Part shown: in pieces, positions 56,999-64,000 of the stretch
Numbering within the stretch: the first letter of the stretch is position 1
Layout of the letters: every line of letters starts with the position of its first letter
DNA from: Spirochaetaceae bacterium
GTDB taxonomy: Bacteria > Spirochaetota > Spirochaetia > DSM-2461
Length of the DNA stretch: 64,000 bases
Assembly (NCBI GenBank): GCA_965224705.1
Contig: OZ245056.1
Span: forward strand, 544,001-608,000
Reading direction: 5' to 3'
The notes under the pieces: model-generated
Told to the model about the DNA's origin: nothing
Databases searched by the model: none
What the model saw: only the letters and a program-made list of their open reading frames with translations
Translations under genes and position numbers: made by a program

Positions 56999-57690
56999 CA
57001 GTGTCAGAAAGCTTGTTAATGCAGCAAAAACCCCTGTCAGGCTCGTTATAACATAGTAAGAAAACAATTTATAAAGGAGTTTGACCGTGGTATTCCTTCA
57101 CTGTCCCAACCCGAAATGTATCCATTTCAGTGCTCCGAAGCAAAAAAACTGAATTTCGATACACAGTTCGTACCACATAGAAGCATCTGGAACAGTCCAG
57201 CGCTGCATCTGCAATGACTTCAAAAAACCTTACAACTGCATGATTCCATGGAGTCTGTCGGACTTCAAGACTTTGAGGCGATTTTTGATGATTTTTTTCC
57301 GATACAAGGCGGCAAAAGCGGAGCGTAGCTGGGCTCTGTGAGCATTTTGACAACGCGGTAGCGGGAAAAAAGGGCAAAATCGAGCCGTGAGGCGTAAGTC
57401 CGACAGACTCCATGGCGGGTGAAGGAGATCCGAAAGAAGAAGGACACAACTCATGCTGAGAAGCCGGGATCACCTGGAAGAAACTTCGCAAGGCAGAGAG
57501 CAGGTACTGGTTGAAGAGGGTCTTTTTGAGCAAGGTCAATCCGGGTGCGGCAGAGAAGAAAATCTGGTTGTGTGAGTGGCGTAATCCGGGAGTGGAATCT
57601 GGCCATTATGATCCGTTGTATGTGAAGGTTCAGGATGAGATTGGACTCCCGGGATGGGCTGAAGGGGGTTTTACAGGCTTTCTGACACTG
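56999..57690 (+). mobile_element. Family B element with decayed transposase-like ORF and nested MITE A
   Basis: Inverted ends CAGTGTCAGAAAGCTTGT / ACAGGCTTTCTGACACTG. After AAGGAG a GTG frame reads VVFLHCPNPKCIHF..*..GTVQRCIC, resembling an IS1-type Zn finger. Confidence 0.72.
57251..57410 (-). mobile_element. MITE family A, 160 bp
   Basis: GAGTCTGTCGGACTT...AAGTCCGACAGACTC with 4-bp duplication CATG. Confidence 0.9.
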
Positions 57691-57801
57691 TGAAACATTT
57701 ACACTGCCGGGAATTCTGGAAGTTCAAAACCTTCACTGTACGAAATCACTAAATACAATTACATTACCCAGATCAAACAATTCTTCGAAAGGAGGGAAAA
57801 C

Positions 57802-58734
57802 ATGATTCTTAGTTGTGGTGAATCTCTTATTGATTTCGTTCCCAGAGACGGGGAAAACTTATTGTACGCTCCCTGTCCTGGAGGGTCTCCCTATAACTTT
57901 GCAATTGCAGCAGCCCGTCTTGGAATTCCTGCCGGTTTCCTTGGAAAAATATCCAGGGATTTATTCGGAGATATTCTTTTCAATCGTCTTGTTAATGAGG
58001 GAGTAGACACTTCCTTTATTCAACGATCCAGTCACCCTTCCTCTCTGGCCTTTGTTAGTACTGAATCTGGTAAAGAACCTCGTTATGCTTTCTACACCGA
58101 AAACAGTGCTGATCGGAATCTCTCTCTCCCTGACATTCCCAGGTTTCTGGCCGACAATGTTCATTGTCTGGAATTCGGATCCATTTCTCTGCTTCTGGAA
58201 CCCCAGGCTTCTACTATCAAGTCCCTGGTTCATCGAGAAAGAGGCAAACGGGCCCTTTCCTATGATCCCAACATCCGTCCTGCCATGGTGGGCAGGAGAG
58301 AGACCTTCATCGCCGAAGTGGAAAAACTGGCCCGCATTTCTACCATTGTGAAGGTGAGCAGTGCAGATCTTGAATGGCTTTATCCCAATCGGCGGCCACT
58401 TGACAGTGCTCTCGCATGGCTTTCCAGAACTTCCGGAATCGTTGTAATGACCCGGGGGAAGGATGGGGCAATTCTCCTTTCCCCCAATTTTCGGGTGGAA
58501 ACACCCGAGTACAGAGTCATTGTGAAGGACAGCATTGGTGCTGGCGATACTTTCCATGCCGCTCTTCTGAGCCGACTCCATCAGCTTCACTTCCTCTCGG
58601 CACAGACGGCCTCCATTCTCACAAAGGAAATAGCTCAGGAAGTGCTGAATTTTGCTGTGAAAGCCTCCAGTATAAGCTGTACCAGACAGGGTGCGGATCC
58701 CCCTTTTAGTGCCGAAATGACAAAAACTCGCTGA
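57802..58734 (+). CDS. PfkB family carbohydrate kinase (fructokinase-like)
   Basis: GGSPYN, YDPNIRP and DSIGAGDTF. Confidence 0.92.
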   Translation: MILSCGESLIDFVPRDGENLLYAPCPGGSPYNFAIAAARLGIPAGFLGKISRDLFGDILFNRLVNEGVDTSFIQRSSHPSSLAFVSTESGKEPRYAFYTENSADRNLSLPDIPRFLADNVHCLEFGSISLLLEPQASTIKSLVHRERGKRALSYDPNIRPAMVGRRETFIAEVEKLARISTIVKVSSADLEWLYPNRRPLDSALAWLSRTSGIVVMTRGKDGAILLSPNFRVETPEYRVIVKDSIGAGDTFHAALLSRLHQLHFLSAQTASILTKEIAQEVLNFAVKASSISCTRQGADPPFSAEMTKTR

Positions 58735-58841
58735 AGGGTTTCAAAGATATGCCGATGGCAAGACAGCATAACCGACAGGGTGCATTGTAATTGCTTGCCC
58801 TATCGGATATTAATTCGCTGATGGAAGTAATTGTTTTATCT

Positions 58842-58859
58842 TACAAGCTTTCTGACACT
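58842..58859. repeat. Family B terminal repeat (isolated end)
   Basis: TACAAGCTTTCTGACACT. Confidence 0.7.
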
Positions 58860-58935
58860 TGTAAACGAAAGAAATGACAGGGCATCGATAAGTAGTATAT
58901 TTGGAATCATGATGATGACAGGCACAGTTCCGCTA

Positions 58936-59970
58936 TCACTCGTAGATCGGTTTGTACAGGGAAGAATGCTTGAATCCTGCAACAATGGCTTCCTTCATAC
59001 TGAGCGGGTTCGCAATACCCTTCCAGGCAATGTCAAGGGCTGTTCCATGATCGACACTTGTTCGAATGAAGGGATATCCAAAAGTAACACTCACCACGCG
59101 AAAGAAATCATAACATTTCGATGCAATATGACCCTGATCATGATAAAGAGAGAGAACTGCATCATAGCGTCCTTCTGCAGCCTGGTGAAAAACACTGTCT
59201 GCCGGAACCGGTCCTACGGTATTGATCCCCAGTTCAACAGCAGCCTCAATCGCCGGTTTGATTTGTTTTGCCTCTTCATCGCCAAACAAACCACCATCAG
59301 AGGAATGCGGATTCAGGCCTGCAACAGCCAGATGAGGTTCCGATAAACCTATAGAAACAAGGCAGTTCCGGACGGTTTCAATTGAATCGAGAATCTTATC
59401 CTTTTCAACAAGATCGATGGCACTGCGAAGACTGACATGGCGACTGTGAAAGAAAATCTTCAATTTATCAACTTGAAACATCGTGATACCTGTCTTCTTG
59501 TTAGACATCTCTGAAATCATTTCAGTATGTCCTATGTAATTCAGTTTCGCCTCCCTGAGCGCTTCCTTGTTAATAGGTGCAGTGGCCATCCCATGAGCTT
59601 CACCGGAATTGCAAAGATCGACGGCTGCCTGGATATAGGCTACTGCTGCCCTGCCTGCAAGATCTGTAACGGTTCCCACTTTCAGATCAGATATGTTCGT
59701 TATGATTTTTTGATCCAGGATCGGAACTGTAGGCATTCCATCAGAAACTCGTTTCAATGAAGAAGCTTCACCTACACCTGTTACCCTGACAGGAGATACA
59801 GGTATATCCAGAGCTGATCTAACGGTGTCTATTACGGCATAATCACCGCAGACAATCGGTGTTCCATAGTCTCGGAAATCCTCCATTAGAAAGCTCTTAA
59901 GAACAATCTCCGGGCCCACTCCTGCGGGATCGCCAAGTGAGATGGCAAGTATGCGTTCATTATTCTGCAT
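58936..59970 (-). CDS. pdxA: PdxA2-like dehydrogenase (second paralogue)
   Basis: GDPAGVGPE, TAPINKEA, GLNPH, YHDQGH and RTSVDHGTALDIAW. Confidence 0.92.
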   Translation of the reverse strand: MQNNERILAISLGDPAGVGPEIVLKSFLMEDFRDYGTPIVCGDYAVIDTVRSALDIPVSPVRVTGVGEASSLKRVSDGMPTVPILDQKIITNISDLKVGTVTDLAGRAAVAYIQAAVDLCNSGEAHGMATAPINKEALREAKLNYIGHTEMISEMSNKKTGITMFQVDKLKIFFHSRHVSLRSAIDLVEKDKILDSIETVRNCLVSIGLSEPHLAVAGLNPHSSDGGLFGDEEAKQIKPAIEAAVELGINTVGPVPADSVFHQAAEGRYDAVLSLYHDQGHIASKCYDFFRVVSVTFGYPFIRTSVDHGTALDIAWKGIANPLSMKEAIVAGFKHSSLYKPIYE

Positions 59971-61210
59971 TTCCTATCCTCCTGTAAAACCAGGCCATTG
60001 TTTTCAGCAGAATGGAAGGGCCACCTACCAATCCTCCTTTTGTAACAATCTTCGTCCCTGACATGGTACCGTTGAGCATTGTTCCTCCCATCACAAGAGT
60101 ATCCAGTTCCACCTCAGGCCGTATGCTGCTTGTACCTGATCTGTCAAGCACCGCCATAGCTGTTTCACCCCCAGACAATATCAAACCTGCTATCCCAACG
60201 TTAATCTGATCTATTATAATCTGACTTGTTCTTGCCAGTGCATGAGTGATTCGCTGCTGCAAGTCTGTACTGGCCCGTTGTTCGTTAGTTCTAACAACCA
60301 GAACTTCTGTGCGGTCGGGATCCCACTTATCAAGAAAACCTTTTACCACTTCATTCGTGGAATTATCAACAATCGCCGATACGGGTAGATTGAGATAGCT
60401 GACAGTGTACTTTTCTTCCAGAGCAGACACCTGCCGCCGGGTTTGTTCCGTGGTACTCCCAATCACCGCAACCACAATACGATGTTCTTCATGCCTGTGC
60501 CGCATTCCAAGAGCTATACTGATAAATGCACCGGGACTGACCAGTATCAATTCCTGATCAATCAGTGCGGTGGCCCGAGCTATCATGGCGATGTCTCCAT
60601 CGCTGCAGGCATCGACAAGCACCATTGTTCCAGGATGTACCAATTCCTGCAGCCGGGTATTCAATACTTCAAATCCCGCATTCACCTCTTCCAGGGAAAT
60701 GTGGTTCACTCTGGTTCCATCACATTCAAAGTAACCCGGCACAAAGCTATTCGAAATGGGCCAACCCGGGTCAGATCCCACCTCGGTTCGATCAACAGGA
60801 ATACCATTGACCATTTGATATCCACCGATACACAGTCGACCGCTTGCAGGATATGATGGGACTATAATTGCCGCCGCCTGAGGCCGCTCTGCCATAATCG
60901 CTGATAACTCCGCACCAAGATGTCCTCTCAAAGTAGTATCAAATCTTTTCACAATTCTTGCTGCTTCTGGAAAGCTATTAATAACTGAACTCACCGCCTT
61001 CCTTGATTCTGCTTCAGAAAGACCTCGTGAATTGGTGTTTACCACCACCACCCTTCCTCTATCCTCAGATGGATCGTAGTTCCTGTCAAAACTAACCAAT
61101 GCACGGACAGGAATGTTTTCATTGGCAATCATCGTGGATAAACCAAGAGTGCCTGTGAGGTCATCTGAAAGTGCAATGGCCAGCGGCGAAGTAGCTGTCG
61201 GCTGCTCCAT
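59960..61210 (-). CDS. Four-carbon acid sugar kinase (DUF1537), second paralogue
   Basis: SDDLTG, KRFDTTLRGH, LSGGET and VTKGGLVG. Confidence 0.9.
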   Translation of the reverse strand: MEQPTATSPLAIALSDDLTGTLGLSTMIANENIPVRALVSFDRNYDPSEDRGRVVVVNTNSRGLSEAESRKAVSSVINSFPEAARIVKRFDTTLRGHLGAELSAIMAERPQAAAIIVPSYPASGRLCIGGYQMVNGIPVDRTEVGSDPGWPISNSFVPGYFECDGTRVNHISLEEVNAGFEVLNTRLQELVHPGTMVLVDACSDGDIAMIARATALIDQELILVSPGAFISIALGMRHRHEEHRIVVAVIGSTTEQTRRQVSALEEKYTVSYLNLPVSAIVDNSTNEVVKGFLDKWDPDRTEVLVVRTNEQRASTDLQQRITHALARTSQIIIDQINVGIAGLILSGGETAMAVLDRSGTSSIRPEVELDTLVMGGTMLNGTMSGTKIVTKGGLVGGPSILLKTMAWFYRRIGNAE

Positions 61211-61211
61211 A

Positions 61212-62504
61212 TCAACCGCCGCGAATAAGCCTGAGTAGACCAAGACTTATGGCTGGAATATTGCTTACCATCAAAATCCCTACGATTTCTGCCAGGAGAA
61301 ACGGAACGATACGAACTGCTATTTTCTCCATTGTAACCCCATACTCTTTGACCAATCCCGCTGCAACAAAGAGATTAACCGCCATTGGAGGGGTGATCAT
61401 ACCAACAGACGTATTCACCACAATTATTGTGCCTGTAAGTATTGGATCCATTCCGATGTTGGACAGAAGCGGCAGGAGAATCGGTGCGATGAGAAGGATG
61501 ATTGCCTGCGTTTCAAGAAACACGCCCAGGAAGAGAAGCAGAACATTGGTGAGAGTTACGATCAAAAATGGATTCTGGGATAGGCTGAGCATGGCTGATG
61601 TAATCTGTTCCGATATTCGTGCGACTGTTATCAACCATGAAAAAGACTGACTGGTGGCAATGACGAAGAATACAACAGCACTGCTTATACCAGCTTTGAT
61701 AATGACTTCCCGAAGCTCCTTCAGCCGCATTTCACGATAAACACAGATGGATACAATCAGACTGTAAACAACGGCAACCGCCCCCGCTTCAGTGGGTGTG
61801 AAAATACCTCCATATATCCCGCCAAGAATAATCAACGGCATCATGATGGCAAGGATTGACTCCTTAAGAGCGGTTCCCACATTTTTCATTGAAGAACGTT
61901 CTTCGGCTGGTATGCCAAGCTTCCGAGCCTGCATTATAACCAGAATCGAAAGAAACAGTGTCAAAAGTATGCCGGGAACTATACCGGCAATAAACATGTC
62001 TCCAATTGAAACACCTGCAACAACACCGAAAGTAATCATGGGTATTGATGGAGGTATGATAACACCCAGAGTTCCGCCAGCAGCAGTGACAGAAGCCGCA
62101 AATGCGGCTGGATAACCCTTTCCCACCATTGCTGGAACCATTATCCCGCCAATGGCAGCAACTGTTGCAGGGTTGGAACCGCTGATAGCGCCAAAAAATG
62201 CACTTGCAACAATTGTAACAAGCCCAAGACTGCCGCGTATATTGCCGATGAGGGCGGAAGCAAGGTTAATCAGCCGCTTTGAAATACCACCCTTCCCCAT
62301 TATTCCGCCTGCAAGCATGAAAAAGGGAATTGCCATGAAAGGAAACGAGTCTACAGCGGTGAACATCCTTTGAGCCACTACAATGGGTTCCATTGGCAGC
62401 GAACTCACCATTACACCAAACATGGCTGCAAGACCAATTGATATTGCCACCGGTACATTGATGAAGATCAATCCGATAAGGGAACCGAACATTGCCAGAC
62501 CCAT
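61212..62504 (-). CDS. dctM: TRAP transporter large permease
   Basis: AIPFFMLAG, ISGS, IIPPSIP and FTPTEA. Confidence 0.95.
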   Translation of the reverse strand: MGLAMFGSLIGLIFINVPVAISIGLAAMFGVMVSSLPMEPIVVAQRMFTAVDSFPFMAIPFFMLAGGIMGKGGISKRLINLASALIGNIRGSLGLVTIVASAFFGAISGSNPATVAAIGGIMVPAMVGKGYPAAFAASVTAAGGTLGVIIPPSIPMITFGVVAGVSIGDMFIAGIVPGILLTLFLSILVIMQARKLGIPAEERSSMKNVGTALKESILAIMMPLIILGGIYGGIFTPTEAGAVAVVYSLIVSICVYREMRLKELREVIIKAGISSAVVFFVIATSQSFSWLITVARISEQITSAMLSLSQNPFLIVTLTNVLLLFLGVFLETQAIILLIAPILLPLLSNIGMDPILTGTIIVVNTSVGMITPPMAVNLFVAAGLVKEYGVTMEKIAVRIVPFLLAEIVGILMVSNIPAISLGLLRLIRGG

Positions 62505-62505
62505 A

Positions 62506-62985
62506 TCAGTTCACCTTCATTTTCAGCGATCGTCTTGCTGAAATAAATCCCTGAATTGTGCGGATACTCAAAAGAACCATCCCATAAGGCACCGCAGCAT
62601 ACATAATCCAGATCGGGATGAATAATGCAGGAGATGTCTGCTTCATGGCTATCAAATTCTGAATGATCTGGATCATGTATACCACAATGGAAGCAGCAAA
62701 AAACAGAAGCAGTAAGAGACTGATGATATCCAGAATGTAGCGTAACCGGGCATTTCTGACACGTTCCACAAGAAATCCAACACTGATGTGTGAACCGGTT
62801 TTCATGGCCAGCCCTACTCCTGTATATGCCAGGTAAACCATGATATAACGCGCTAATTCTTCTCCCCAGAACATCGGGAAGAGATCCAGATAACGAGCAA
62901 CAGTAGCAATGAAAACAATGATAACCATTGCCGGAAACAGCACAAGAATCGTGTTTTCTTCAAAACGATCAAAATACTTCAACAT
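62506..62985 (-). CDS. dctQ: TRAP transporter small permease
   Basis: WGEELARY and GSHISV, with four TM helices. Confidence 0.92.
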   Translation of the reverse strand: MLKYFDRFEENTILVLFPAMVIIVFIATVARYLDLFPMFWGEELARYIMVYLAYTGVGLAMKTGSHISVGFLVERVRNARLRYILDIISLLLLLFFAASIVVYMIQIIQNLIAMKQTSPALFIPIWIMYAAVPYGMVLLSIRTIQGFISARRSLKMKVN

Positions 62986-63031
62986 AACATCTCCCTGAAA
63001 TTGGTCCGCCCTGAACGAACGGACCGTCTAA

Positions 63032-64000
63032 TCACTGCTGTGCAGCAATAAAACTTCTTACCATTTCCTGGTCAATTTTATCGGCAAACTGCTGATAGAC
63101 TGGCTGAACCATTTCAAACCATTCAGTTGCATCTACATCAGCAATCTGCATCCCTCTTTCCTGGAGTTTTTTACGGAGATCCTGTTCTCCTTTCATACTG
63201 AAATTACGCTGCCACTTCCGTGATTCTGCTTCTGCCTGAGTAACAATCTGCCGTTCTTCTTCAGTCAGTGTGTTGTTCCAGAAATCAAGATTTATCAGTA
63301 ATACCGCTGGTGAGTAAAAATGACCGGTCAGAGAGAGATAATCCTGAACTTCATAGAACTTACTTGTATCGATGATCACCAATGGATTCTCCTGACCATC
63401 CACAGTACTCTGCTGGAGAGCGGTAAAGAGTTCTCCGAACGGCATGGGAACTGCCCGGGCACCGAGAGTTTCAAACGTTGAAACATGGATCGGGTTTTCC
63501 ATCAAGCGAATTTTGAGGCCATCCATATCTTTAGGGGATTCAACAAACCTCCTGGAATTGGTGAGATTACGAAATCCATTTTCCCAGATACCAAGCCCCT
63601 TGATTCCAGAGGACTCAAGACTCGATAGAATCTTCTTACCATTGGGGCCATCCATCCATGTGTAGGCTTTTTGTCTATCCTGTACGATGAATGGTAAATC
63701 AAAAACCATAAAAGCATTGGTAAAATTAGGAAGAGGCCCGGTCGATGTAAGCGTTGCTTCTATCGTACCAAGCGAAACTCCCTCTACAACATCCCTCTCA
63801 CTGCCAAGTTGTGCACTATGAAAAACCTCTACTTTTACAGATCCATTTGACCGAGATTCAACCAATTCCTTCCAATGCATCAGTCCCTGATGATAGTGAC
63901 TCTCGGGAGCCAGGGTATGGGAAACACGAATCGTCTTCACCCCTCCTTCGCTTCCTTCCTTCTGACCGTTAGCCAATACTATTCCTGCTAAAAGCAGAAA
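63032..64000 (-). CDS. dctP: TRAP transporter substrate-binding protein (5' end beyond window)
   Basis: QLGSERD, WENGFR, GLKIR and DGQENP. The frame stays open to the edge (FLLLAGIVLANGQKE). Confidence 0.95.
   Translation of the reverse strand, partial: FLLLAGIVLANGQKEGSEGGVKTIRVSHTLAPESHYHQGLMHWKELVESRSNGSVKVEVFHSAQLGSERDVVEGVSLGTIEATLTSTGPLPNFTNAFMVFDLPFIVQDRQKAYTWMDGPNGKKILSSLESSGIKGLGIWENGFRNLTNSRRFVESPKDMDGLKIRLMENPIHVSTFETLGARAVPMPFGELFTALQQSTVDGQENPLVIIDTSKFYEVQDYLSLTGHFYSPAVLLINLDFWNNTLTEEERQIVTQAEAESRKWQRNFSMKGEQDLRKKLQERGMQIADVDATEWFEMVQPVYQQFADKIDQEMVRSFIAAQQ

Overview
This is a bacterial chromosomal window, probably from a spirochaete (inferred from the rpsU, RecJ, eukaryote-type hexokinase, 'ANGQKE'-type binding-protein N-terminus and Leptospira-like histone). 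The first ~24 kb is a defence region. It holds a type II-B (FnCas9-like) cas9-cas1 operon running off the left edge, with no CRISPR array in the window, and a 1583-aa TIR-NACHT-WD40 (NLR-like) protein with 14 near-identical WD40 repeats. A type III restriction-modification operon follows: xis-like HTH, SNF2-like helicase, DUF4391, GxxExxY, mod, Schlafen/AlbA_2-GHKL-wHTH protein and res. That operon is full of small-scale structure. GxxExxY and four-helix-bundle genes are bracketed by inverted 9-mer or 7-mer tandem repeats, the same motifs recur as in-frame footprints inside mod and xis, and an exact 90-bp-period repeat array follows the Schlafen gene. The remainder is mostly housekeeping and metabolism: two four-carbon acid-sugar clusters, ald-agcS-alr, hexokinase, tRNA-Pro, recJ, recO and rpsU. 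It also holds a stand-alone bacterial histone, a 3.4-kb recombinase-less island between direct repeats of the rlmH 3' end, and two families of dispersed mobile repeats. All family assignments come from motif recognition by eye, with no database searches.
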